Assembly: GCA_026770705.1 (NCBI GenBank)
Contig: JANJGN010000040.1
Location: 8,618,001-8,682,000, forward strand
Length of the DNA: 64,000 nt
From: Isurus oxyrinchus
Taxonomy: Eukaryota
Direction: 5' to 3'
The translations under genes and the position numbers were made by a program. This document shows, in pieces, positions 39,632 to 51,330 of this stretch. Under the pieces are notes generated by a model. It did not search any database, was not told the origin of the DNA, and saw nothing but the letters and a program-made list of their open reading frames with translations. The first letter of the stretch is position 1. Each line of letters starts with the position of its first letter.

Positions 39632-39690
39632 ATTGGTAAAGCATCAGCTTTGTAATCTGAGGGCCGAGGATTCCAGTCCCTGTCTCGCTG
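39632..39690 (+). pseudogene. tRNA-Lys(TTT)-derived pseudogene fragment
   Basis: TTGGTAAAGCATCAGCTTTGTAATCTGAGGGCCGAGGATTCCAGTCCCTGT aligns to vertebrate tRNA-Lys GGTAGAGCATCAGACTTTTAATCTGAGGGTCCAGGGTTCAAGTCCCTGT. The 5' acceptor strand is lost and the B box is mutated. Confidence 0.7.
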
Positions 39691-40620
39691 CTGCTTCCTG
39701 CAAAATTTGGTCAATTCCCAGGAAGCCATGAAAAGTGAGTAATTTCCGCTGAATTCTCCTGCTCCCTCAGTGGGAGTGAAGGAGATGCTCCTTCAATCTG
39801 CAACAATGTGCATCCTATTGAAATTTCAGCAGCCAGGGTGATTTTGTTCCTAACAAGGGAGTGAAAGGTTATTGGGACAGGCGGAATGTGGAGTTGAGGC
39901 CACGATCAGATCGATCATGATCTTATCAAATGGCAGAGCGGCTCGAGGGCCTGACTGACCTGATCCTGCTCCGAATTCCTATCTTCATATGTCCGTACGT
40001 TCAAAAACATTCCTCTTCCCAACCCCTTCTCTGCCCCCTTAGCTACTGATCCTCCCTTTGAAACCCTTCCCCAGCCCATGAACCAATTCCCAACCCACTT
40101 TCCTCATCCCATTAAACCCCTTCCATAGCCTTAGCTACTTCTCCCGCCTCTGAGATTTGTGAGATAGCTTGCTCCGTGAATGGTCAGAGTGCTGACACCC
40201 TAAGACCCCTGTCTTCTCTCAGATCACACATCAACCTTACCCCTTTTATTTTCAATTAAAACCCACGCATCCCTCCCTCCCCTCGACCTGTACACATTCA
40301 CTCTCTGTCCTGAAGGGCAGTCCAAGGGATTTTTCTCAGATTGGACCCCACCACACCCACAATCTCAGACCAGAGAGAGTGAAATGAAACATCGGACATT
40401 TATATCGAACCCTTCCTGTCATGAGAAAAGTCCAAAGAGTTTCACAGACTGGGGATTGCTTCTGAAGTAGTGACACTGTTTTATAGGAAACATTGCAGCC
40501 AATCAGCTTTCAGTAAAGTCACACAAAGAGTGAATGAGATTTCACGGGGTGAGGAGTTTCTGGTCATGTTGGTTGAGAGAGTGATGTTGTTCTGGGAGAA
40601 CTGCCAGCTCTTCAAATAAT

Positions 40621-40765
40621 ACACCCCCACCCCACACTTCCCCATACACTGCGGTGAAGTGGGCTCTCTCTTCCATCCAAGCCCTGGACTGTCACCTTTA
40701 GAGCTGCATCCATGGAACAGTAGCCATGCAAAACTGCCTTTAACACCTTTTGCCCATAATACGGT

Positions 40766-40806
<41 letters not shown>

Positions 40807-42082
40807 TGATTATAAAAACAGCAAACTCTCCGAGATTAGATACAGAACATTTCTACTCCAGCATCCTGATACTGTCTGTGAGGAACTCCATGGAAGATAA
40901 CAGGTAGATAGGGTCTCAGTTTAACTTTTCATCCAAAACATGACACCTCCAACAGTGCATCACTCCCCCAGTGCTGGTCTGGATCTACTGGAGTGGGACA
41001 TCAACCCACAGTTTGTTCACTCAACTCCCAACTGAGGCAGAGTGACAATGGATAAATTAACCACTTCTCTTATCTACACAATCTGTGTTCTCACACCCCA
41101 ATCTGTGTGAAAGCTGCAGTATTAATCAAATTAAATAAACCTGTCTTAAACCCTCTTACTCTCACTCCTTGCCCTCATTATGAAAAGCTGACTCATGCCT
41201 GGGGATTGATCCCACAGACACCTCCAGTATCGCTCCAAATTCTTCATTTTTCACCTGTTAAACTGGACAGTGCATGTGGAGGAGAGGAACTGAGGGAACT
41301 GCTGACTCTGTCTTCACACACAATATGCACTCTCACACTGTAGCAGGTAGCAGCGATGGAGAGCAGCAACTGTGGTTCTTGGGTACTGAGGCCAATTACA
41401 GAGTCTCCCAACTGAGTAACTCATCCGGCTGTGATCCACCAACTCGGCACTGCCCTTTTCTTGCTGGTCTGTTTGGATCAGTCCTCAACACCCACCATCC
41501 CCTCAGCCGCTCAGATAGTGACTAATCATTCAGGGAATTTACCTGTGCAACTGGTTTACATTAAGTTCTTCAGTCTTTCATAAATAACAACTCAACCAAT
41601 TCTATTGTGATGTTCAAACAATTAAACTGTGAAATTCAAAGAGACTAATGTACTTTGAAAATAATACTCTCTGAACACTGGCTGTTAAGGGATCGGAGAA
41701 ATTTGCAGTTGTTTAGTATCAGGATGGAGAAACCCTTTCCCTGCAGTAGGACTTGGCTGAGCTAGGAGCAGAAATTGAATCAGCATGAAGAGAGTTTTCA
41801 TTATCTTCCATGGAGTTCCTCACAGACAGTATCAGGATGCTGGAGTAGAAATGTTCTGTATCTAATCTCGGAGAGTTTGCTGTTTTTATAATCACGCACA
41901 TACACCCACACACACACACACACACACACCCACCCACACCGTATTATGGGCAAAAGGTGTTAAAGGCAGTTTTGCATGGCTACTGTTCCATGGATGCAGC
42001 TCTAAAGGCGACAGTCCAGGGCTTGGATGGAAGAGAGAGCCCACTTCACCGCAGTGTATGGGGAAGTGTGGGGTGGGGGTGT
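40621..42082. repeat. Near-perfect inverted repeat (40621-40900 / 41801-42082) around a 900 bp spacer
   Basis: The arms are reverse complements, with differences mostly in the internal (TG)n tract. Confidence 0.95.
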
Positions 42083-42219
42083 TCTGTGCCAGAGGCCCTA
42101 AAGCAACCCTATCAGAAGGCAATTATGGTGGGCAGTTCCCAGAGTCTAACCCCAATGAGCTGACAGCAGGGTCACCTGAAGCTCAATTCCCTCACTTTGG
42201 TCATGAATGATGATGTCAT

Positions 42220-43120
42220 AGAGCACAGAAGAGTCCAAGCCAGCTCTGTGTAGGGCAATCCAGCCAGTCCCATTGACCTGCTCGATGACCATATCCCTGC
42301 ATGTTTAATTCCCCCAAGTGTTCAAACAAGTTCCTTTTGAAACCATTGTTTATCTCTGCTTTTACTAACCTCGAAGCAGCGACTTCCAGGTCATCACCAC
42401 TTGCTGAGTCAAAAATAAAATGTGCTTCATTTCTCGCTCCCCCAGACTCTGCAACACCCCCTCCCCTCCCCCGTCCTCAATATCTCTTGACATAATCTCT
42501 AAATCTGTGTACCTGAGTTCTTGTACGATTTGCTGATGGGACCAGGTTTTCTTGTCTACCTTATCTGACACTGTCGTAATCTTGTACACTTCTATCAAAC
42601 CTACTCTCAATCTCCCTTTCAGCAAGGAGAACAACCCCAGCTCCAACCTCCAGCTTCTCCAACCTCACCTTCCAGCTGAAATCCCTGATCCCTGGAACCA
42701 TTCCGGGAAATCTCCTCTGAACCCTCTCGGGGACCCTCACTTCATTCCTAAAGCATGGTGACCAAAACTGGAAGCAATAGTCTAATTGTGGCCTAACCAG
42801 GGCTTTATAAATGTTCATAACTTCCCTGTGTTTGTACTCAATACCTCTATTTATGAAGCCCAAAATTCCAAATGTTTTGCTAATTATTCTCAAAACCTCC
42901 TGCCACCTTCAAAGACCCATGTACATAAACCCCCACATCCCTATGACCTTGCATACTATTTTGAACCGATTTCCTCCCCCTATCCCTTCATCCAAAATGC
43001 ATTACCTCACACTTCTTTGTATTAAATTCCATCTCGCACTTGCCGGCCCATTCTACTGGTCTATCTCTGTGCTGTTGTGGTCGATTGGTATCATCCTCAC
43101 TGTTTGCCACATCTTCACGT
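42220..43120 (-). mobile_element. CR1 LINE 3' fragment
   Basis: ILGFINRGIEYKHREVMNIYKALVRPQLDYCFQFWSP. Confidence 0.9.
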
Positions 43121-43379
43121 GACATTCCCTACACACCACAGCAGCCACCTCACACTGCTTCATACACCACACTCCCATCACTCACCCACTAGCAATCCCG
43201 GGCGGTCAGGACTTGGGTCTAACATTCAGATGCTCCATCTCAAACACTCAGAAATGCTGCCAACCTCACACAGCTCACACAGACTTCACACAACTCCACC
43301 TCCTCCAACTGTGATACCCACATCACTCAAACACAAATCACTCAAACACTCAGCACACTCACTGACATTCTCTATTTGG

Positions 43380-44260
43380 TCTTTCACAGGACAATGTGAA
43401 CCATAACCACAGGGAGCAGAGCAGAATCAGAGGAGGACATGCACGCCTGCATCACCTGAGCCCTCTGGAGGAGGCAGTGATCTGTATCATGGAAGCAGCT
43501 GTTACAGATGTCGCTGAATTCAATGTGGCCGATACCATTGAGGATGACGGTATGTTCCTGCCTTCTGGCCCTTCTCACATCCCACCTCACCCTCCTCCTG
43601 CTATTTGACATGAGGCAAAAGCTGTAGATGGTGTGAACGTCAGCCGAGTGCTTTCCACCCATTGCACCTTCCCTCACCCCAACTCTTCCCTTCTGATTTT
43701 CTGCATTCAGCTGCCTCAGAACTGCCACCTGGCCAGTCAGTGCAGGCTCTTGAGAAGGGGGTGATCTGCTGCAGACCTCGGAGGAAGAAACACCATCACT
43801 TGGTCTGACATTTGCAGCCACCAGCTCAGATCCTGGCACAGCGCATTGCTTACAGGGTAATGTACAGTCAGGATCTGCATGTACTGAGTCACTGGGCATG
43901 GCTGGGCTGCAGCCAGTCCGAGGAATGGACAGTTCATGTTCCAGATCACCAGAGGCAGCCATCACTGACAAGTTCCGCTATGGTGGATTCAGATTAGGAG
44001 TTTGATGCAGTGGCCTACAGGAGAACATTGAGGAACATGTACACAGAGAGGATTGTTTTATTGTCTGACCTGCCAGACAGTCTCTTGTCAGTTTCAAGGA
44101 GCATTGTGGAGTCAGTTTCCAATGGAGGGAAAGCTTGGAACCCTCCTTTCCAGTGTGGAAGTGCTGGCCATCTCCATAACAGCACTTGTAGACCCAGCTG
44201 TGATATAGCATTGCGTGGTTGCTGTCTCAATGTTAACTACAGCCCAGGCAGAGTTCACCC
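43380..44260 (+). mobile_element. Harbinger-type Myb/SANT accessory gene remnant (spliced exons)
   Basis: Acceptor TCTTTCACAG, then exon DNVNHNHREQSRIRGGHARLHHLSPLEEAVICIM..., then donor GGTATG (~43549). This resembles the HNRRE..TGGG....LT..EE motif of Harbinger Myb proteins. The later exon has stops. Confidence 0.55.
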
Positions 44261-44508
44261 TACTGTTTCAGCGCTGCTGCAGGGAAGGCCACGGTTAATA
44301 ATTAGTTTGTAACTCTTTTGAGTACAAACCCGTTTCCTTCTGTTTCAGATGAAGTTACATTGTTTCATAGTTTGCCATTGTGAGATTTGAACTCTTGATA
44401 ATCTTTTAAATGAAAACCAAATCAACAAAATCGGGATAAATCAGGCACAGCCCCTAATTCAGGTCAGCTGTAAAACCAAAAACAAAGTTTAAAGGAAACC
44501 TACAAACT

Positions 44509-47500
44509 TTAAATCAAAATGTGATTAAAGGGGTCAACAAAACACCCCAGTTCCCGCGGTGCCCTCCGAGCACGGAAGGCCTTGAGAGTGCCAGCAGACA
44601 CCGCGTGCTCCCTCTCCAGGGACATCCGGCAGCAAACATAGCCGCGGAAGAGGGACAAACAATCGGGCGGGACTCCCCCGTCGATCGCCCGCTGCCTGGA
44701 CCTGTTAATGGCCAACTTGGCCAGGCCCAGGTGCAGGTTCACGAGGAGGTCCTCCTCCTTCCCGACCCCCTTCCGCACCGGGTGCCCATAGATCAGGAGC
44801 GTGGGGCTGAAGTGCAAACATCAATAAAAGGTTTTTCAAATAAGTAAAAAGGGAGTGCAGCCTACAACACCCTATGTATACATGGTCCACGGACTCCACA
44901 AGACCGCAAAAAGGGCACGTGTCCTGAGAGTCCATGAACCTCTGCATCCTTTTATTATAGGGGACTGCTGCATGCAACACCCTCCAACCCAGGTCCCCGA
45001 TAGAAAGGGGGAGGACACCTCCGTAGAGGGCCTCCCATCGGGGGCCTCCGCCGCCGGACGGCAACAAGGCACGCCAGGGCGTGTCCGGGTGGCGGACAAG
45101 GGCGAGAAAATGGAAGGTGTGCAGCAGCAGTCCGTACAAAAAGCCCCTCTTTGCTGTGCCAAAAGGCACGGAGGGCATGTCCCCGAGGCGGCTCATATTG
45201 CGGGGCACCAGCACCCGAGGGAGTGTTCGGGGCTTGGGGCCAATGTGGAATTCCGTCCGAACAGGGGAACGTTCAGATGGAAGACCACCGCGCACCTGGG
45301 CCACCTCAAGACCCAAAATAACGTCGGGTCCGAGCACGACCGTTCTCAGGTCTTGGATGGCATCGGCTGCGACCTGGACACTCACAGACGCGCGTCGCGC
45401 CAACTCCTGCGGGAGCATCCAGCCCAGTCCTCCGCCACCCAGCACGTCCCCGATCCTGGTCACCCCTGCGGCCACAGCCCTCCTCTCCACCAACCACTGA
45501 ACGGGACGGAGGGGCGGATTCCTGAGCAGCGGCTCTCTGACGATAGCCGCTACTCCTGACGGGGGAGAGCTGCGTCGCGAGGCGACCACTTTCCAGACTT
45601 TGATCAGGTCCTGGTAAAAGACGGGCAACGCCTGCAAGGAGCCACCGAGGCCCAGCTGTTCTATAAACAGGAGCTGCACGTCGTAATTCAGGCCGTGCAC
45701 CTGACAGAAGAAATACGTCGTCAGGGCACACCATCTAGGAGGATGGTGTAGAGGTATCGCTGCAGGGTCTGAAGGCGGAAAGTCGCCACCTGTGTGCGTA
45801 GGCACACTAGCGCCTGACTGCCCTCCCTAAGCGGGAGACTCAGAACCTCGGCAGCGACCCAGTGCAATCTTTTGTCCCAGAAGAAGTCGACTAACAATCT
45901 CTGGATTCTTGTGACCAAGTCCGGGGGAGGGGTCAAAGTGACCAGCCGATACCACAACATGGCGGCGATCAGCTGGTTTATGACCAGAACTCGACCTCGG
46001 TAAGATAGCACTCGGAGCAGTCCTGTCCAGCGCCGCAGGCGAGCTGTGACTTTGGTCTCCAGTTCCTGCCAGTTTGCCAGCCAGGATTCCTCAGCGAGGC
46101 AGAGATGGACCCCCAGGTAGAGGAGACTGGTCCTGCTCCAGGTGAAAGGCCTGAGCTCCTCGGGTAGGGGATCCATCTGCCACTGACCGACCAGGAGTCC
46201 AGAACATTTACCCCAGTTGATCCTGGCAGAAGAAGCGGCAGAGTAGACCTCCTGGCACTCGCGCATCCTCCGCAGGTCAGCCGGGTCACTAAACATAAGG
46301 AGCACGTCATAGGCGTAAGCCGAAAGGACCACCCCGATGCCCGGCCCGCGCAGGACCAATCCCGACAACCTCCTCCGCAAGAGGCGCAGGAAAGGCTCCA
46401 TGCAAATAGAATACAACTGGCCAGACAGGGAGCAGCCCTGACGTACCCCTCTCCCAAAGCGAAGGGGCGCCGTCAGGGACCCGTTAACCTTCACTATACA
46501 CTCCGTGGCGGTGTACAGAAGTCGGATCCGGGTGACAAAATGCGTCCCGAACCCAAACGCTCGCAGAGTTCCGAGTAAGTATCCGTGATCCACCCTGTCA
46601 AACACCTTCTCCTGATCGAGAGACAGGAAGGCGCTCGACAGACCAGCCCTCTGGGAATAGTGGATGATGTCCCGGACCAGATGGATGTTATCATAAATGG
46701 TTCGGTCTGGGACGGTGTAGGACTGGTCAGGGTGGATCATGTGGTCCAGCACGGTGCCGAGCCGGGAAGACATGGCTCGGGCGAAGATTTTGTAGTCCGT
46801 GCTGAGGAGGGAGACCGGGCGCCAGCTTTTAAGAAGGCGGAGATCCCCCTTCTTCAGCAGCAGGGCAATCACGGCCCTGCGCCACGAAAGGGGCATCTCC
46901 CCGGTAGCGATACTCTCCCCCAGGACCCCCGCGAAGTCGCTCCCCAAGACGTCCCAGAACGCCCTGAAGAACTCCACGGTCAGCCCGTCTAGTCCTGGGG
47001 ATTTGCCCCTAGAAAGACCGTCGAGTGCGCCGGTCAGCTCCCCCAGACTTATAGGGGAGTCAAGCCTTCCGGCGCACTCCGGCCGACCTGCGGCAGGTCC
47101 TCCCACAAAACTCTGCAAGCGTCCTCGCTGGACGGATCCGGAGAGAACAGGGCAGTGTAGTAATCTCGGGCGATGGCCCTGATGCCCTCCGGATCCGAGA
47201 CAAGGGATCCGTCGTCGGCCAGCAGCATAAAGAGCTGCTGACGGACCCCGTGCCTTTTTTTCAGCGAGTAGAAGAAGGGGGAGCCGCGGTCCATCTCCTT
47301 GAGGAACCGGATCTGCGACCTCACGAACGCGCCCCGAGACCCGACCAGTTGCAGGTCCCGCAGCACGCCCTTCTTCTCATTGTACACCGACCACAGGGCC
47401 GGGTCCGCGTTGGGCTGACGGAGACGTGCCTCCAGGTCGAGCACCACCTTCTCCAACTCCTCGACCCTGGATTTGGGTCTCTTTGTCGACCCCTTCGCGT

Positions 47501-48389
47501 ACTCTTGACAGAAAACTCGGATGTGAGTCTTGCCCACGTCCCACCATAGCCTCAAGGAGGGGAAGCCTCCCCTCTTCCTTCTCCAGCCGGCCCAGAAACG
47601 ACGGAACGAGTCCTGGAACCGCTGGTCTTCCAACAACAGGTTATTAAAATGCCAGTACGCGGACCCCGTCCGAGCGCAGAATGAAGTGAGCTCCGCCCAC
47701 ACCAGACGGTGGTCCGTGCACGGAACCTGCTGTATAGAAGCAGCCGGAATGCAGGACACGTACGCCTTTGAAACGTAAAGGCGGTCGAGTCTGGACGCTC
47801 CGACTCCAGGTGACACAAAGGTGAACACGCTGGAGTCAGGATGGAGATTTCGCCAGACGTCCACTAAGTCGAAGGACCTGACCAGGTCCCGCAACTTACT
47901 TACACCTCGCGTGCAGTGCGGGGTACCGTGACGGGCCCGGACCCCGAGGGTGCAATTGAAATCCCCCCCGAGGACGATGCACTCGCCAGCGCCGATGGAG
48001 CCGAGGTGAGTGGACACTTCTTCAAAGAAGCTGGCTTGCTGCTGCGTGCCCAGGGGAGCGTATACATTCACAAAGTGAAGCACCGCACCCCCCAGACGCA
48101 CAGTCAGGTGCAGCAACCGGCCTGGCACCAGCTCCTTGACCCCCAAGATCTCCGGCTGAAAATGCGGGGCCAACAAGATAGCCACCCCGCCAGAATTGGA
48201 GGCTAGGTGACTCATGTAGACCCCCCCTCGCCTCTCCAGGAGCCACGTGGCTTCGTCTCCCGGAACGGTATGGGTTTCTTGCAGGAGGCACAACGCATAC
48301 TTACCGTCCCTGAGGACCGAGAAGCTCTGGAACCTGCGCTGTGCGCCCCTGCTGCCGCAGATGTTGAGGCTGGCTATAGTCGTCTTCAT
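44509..48389 (-). pseudogene. Tx1 ORF2 (AP endonuclease - reverse transcriptase - CCHC finger), frameshifted
   Basis: LQETH, GDFN, RLDRLY and TDH (APE); KSPGLDG, WRPVSLL, GVRQGCSLS and YAYD in place of YADD (RT); CPFCGLVESVDHVYIGC. Frameshifts lie near 47085, 45740 and 44815. Confidence 0.92.
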
Positions 48390-48444
48390 TGTCAAAGGTA
48401 CATCAAACCTTCACCTTATTAATTAAAAGGAAGAAGAGGACTTT

Positions 48445-50585
48445 TTAGTCCTTCCTCTCCTTCAGGAGCCCAGCGAGAAACGTTTGGACCCTCCGCCGCG
48501 CGTTCCTATCCAACTCAGGAGACTTGAGAGCCTCGCGAGTGGACCAGAACACCAGCGGAAATGAATGCCACCGGTACAAGGCCAACTGAACCCTGTCTCG
48601 GCGACCGCGGTGCGCCGACAAAAAGTCCCGGAGTTCCCTTGGGGGGATGAGGGGGGAGTCAGTGGAGGGCACCAGGGGATCCACCGCCTCGCCTGAGAGC
48701 GACTCCGCGTAATCTCCAACGCTCCCCACCGACACCCCGTCCTCTTCCGGGTTGTCGCCTCCAGCTTCCGACCCCTCCCCCGCATTGAGTACGGGGGCTG
48801 ATTCGGAGCTGCCAGCTGGCTCTATCTCAGCCTCGATCCCTTCCCCAGGATCAAGGTCAGAGGAGTCCTCTCTGGTCTCCTCGAAACTTTTTAGGCCAGA
48901 GGGCAGCGGCAGTTCTGATGCCCGCTCTCCTCCCGGCACCGGGTCGTCCGGGGAGCTCAGGACAAGCTCCTGACCTAAACATAGGACGCCCGGTGTCAAG
49001 GTTTGGGAGGGAGCGGGAAGGCCCTCCTTTTCGCCACCACCCAATGACCCATTTACATTCTTTAAAATTTCAAAGCTGCAATCCCCCGACGAGCTAGAAA
49101 GTACCTCGGGGGTATTAAGTGCCCTGGAGTCGGACACCACCTCAAGGGAGGTGCCCTCAGTGACCCCCGAGGGGCCCTGTTCAGGGGACTGCAGCAGACT
49201 GTTAGGGGGAACAGTGGTAGGGGTAGGTGTTTCGGGTTCTCCCAGAGGGCAGAGCGAGGTTTTACTGGGTGGAGACGCCACCACCTCTTCATCAGGGGAA
49301 GGGACACACCCAACTTCTTCAGTTTGGGCATCACCCACTTCCTCCTCCGAAGCGTGACGTCTCTTCCGGGTCAGGCTGGGGGCTAGGGAGACCTCCATTT
49401 CCGAGGCCCCCTCCTCCTTGTCCAGCCCTCCCGGACACTCCACCCTCTGGGTTCTCAATCTTTCTTTCCCCGGCTCGGGGTCCCGCGTCTTTTCCCCGCC
49501 GGCCGCGGGAGTACGCGCAGGGACGACGCCGGGCCCAGCACTCGGCGCCTTAGCGCCCACGGACCCGGGAGCACACGCGGACACGACGCCGGGGGCCGGA
49601 TGATGTTTTCTCCCCCGAGCCGGTTTTTCCACGTGTTTGAGGGGTTTGGGACGTCTCAGGGACCGCCTCCAAATTTCGGGTCTTCCTCCGCGCCTTCTTA
49701 CGGCGCGGGGGCTCTCCCCCCCGCCTCACTGGCAACCGAGATGGCAGCTGCCGCCGGGGTCGCTTCCCCTTGCGGGGAGGGAGATGGAGTGGTGGCGGGT
49801 GCAGGAGGGGCGGTGCCAGCCGCGGCCGCTTGGGTGGGGCTCGTGGCCTTGGAGGTGGGGCAGTTCTTCCTTATGTGCCCCGCCTCCTTACAGGCATGGC
49901 AACGCACGCCCTCCGTGGTCCAGAAGACCCGATAGGCGGTCCCCTCAAAATTAACAAAGAAGGCCCCCTCCAGGCACTCCTCCCGGGCCAAGCAGATGAA
50001 AACCTGGCGCCGGAAGGAGTACACGTGGCGGAGGGTCGAGTCTCTGAGGCCGAGCGGGACTGGCGCAACCCCTGACCTGACCTCCCCCAGCTTATTAAGG
50101 TGGGGGAGGAGGAGCTCACATGGTATAAAGGGCGGGACGTTCGAAATAACAATCCTCTGGGCGGTGGCCTCAAGGGGGTCCACCGCCAGAAAAGTCCCGC
50201 CCACAGTGAGCCCCTTCTGCAGGGCGAGTTGCACCACCCGCTTGGACCTCAAGAAAAAGATGGCCCTCCCATACATTTTTGAGGCCGCGACAACGGCTGA
50301 GGGGCCGACAACCCCAGCCATAGCCTTCACGCAGGCCTCAATAGTCATCTCCGGGTGGGCGTAGCATTTAACCCCGAGGGCCCTGGTAAGGAGGCGGAAT
50401 GGTGACAGGGCAGCAGGAGCAGCTGGAGCTGCAGAAGCAACCACCCCCGCATAGGTTTTCTGTTTTTGAGGCCCTGCCACCGGTGACAAAACCACCTCCA
50501 CATTAGCCCTCGAGGGCCCGGCCACAGGCGATGGTGAATTGGCCTTAGGGCCAGAGCCACGCCCACCCTGGGAAGGATTGGCCAT
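48445..50585 (-). pseudogene. Tx1 ORF1 (gag-like, CCHC knuckle), frameshifted
   Basis: MANPSQ..., ISNVPPFIP, SFRRQVF and CHACKEAGHIRKNC. The reading frame shifts twice near 49710-49630 and ends at ...LLKERKD. Confidence 0.88.
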
Positions 50586-51059
50586 TTTGTTTTTTTTTGT
50601 TTTTTTATATATATATAAGGAGTATTCCTCCCTGGGGAGGAAAGGGGGTGGGGGAGAGAGGTAGAAACAACCTCCCCTCTTTTTGGCAGGAGAGGAGATG
50701 AGGGAGAGGAGTAAAAGACAGGGAGGCACAGGAGGGACAGAGGTAAATGTCCAGGTGGGTGTCCTCGATGGTGGATGGACAGTGGGTGGGGGCCTGATGT
50801 TCTTCAGGCAGGGGGAGGCGATGTCTTCACCAGCTACTGCTGGCCTTACCGGGAAGGGCTAGGTTGGGGGAGGGGTGGCAGAAAGATGGTTTCAGCACAC
50901 ACACACGCCCTCCCTCTCTTCCTTCCCCAACCCCTCTGGCAGTCTTCTTGCCTCCCCCTACAAAACACAGTCCTTAATTGCCCCCACCTTAAACAAAAAT
51001 ACACAGTTCAGACACCCACCTAGGATGTTGTTTTTCAACTCAGTCCTGGCCTCCTGGCC

Positions 51060-51330
51060 TTCCTGTCCTGTAGCAACAGCAGCAAAAGTTCTCTTCTCTC
51101 CCTCTCTCTCCTTTGGCACCACAAGGGCAAGGGAGCAGCAGCAGCAGCACTGGAGGAGCAGAAGCAGCAACAGCAGAAGCAACAACCCCAAAGCAGCAGC
51201 AGCAGCAGTTGTTCCTCTCTCCCTCTCCTCTCCCTTGGCTCAAACAGGGGCAAGGCAGCAGCAGAAGCAACAACCCCAAAGCAGCAGCAGAAACAGTTGA
51301 AACACTGAAGAGGAGCAGCAACACCAACAC
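51060..51330. repeat. CAG-rich duplicated minisatellite inside the Tx1 5' UTR
   Basis: Repeated GCAGCAGCAG / GCAACAACCCCAAAGCAGCAGCAG / CTCTCCCTCTC blocks. Confidence 0.75.

Noticed and set aside
40621-42082. Non-autonomous DNA transposon with 280 bp TIRs
   Set aside because: There is no TSD, and the SINE outside the left arm continues inside the spacer.
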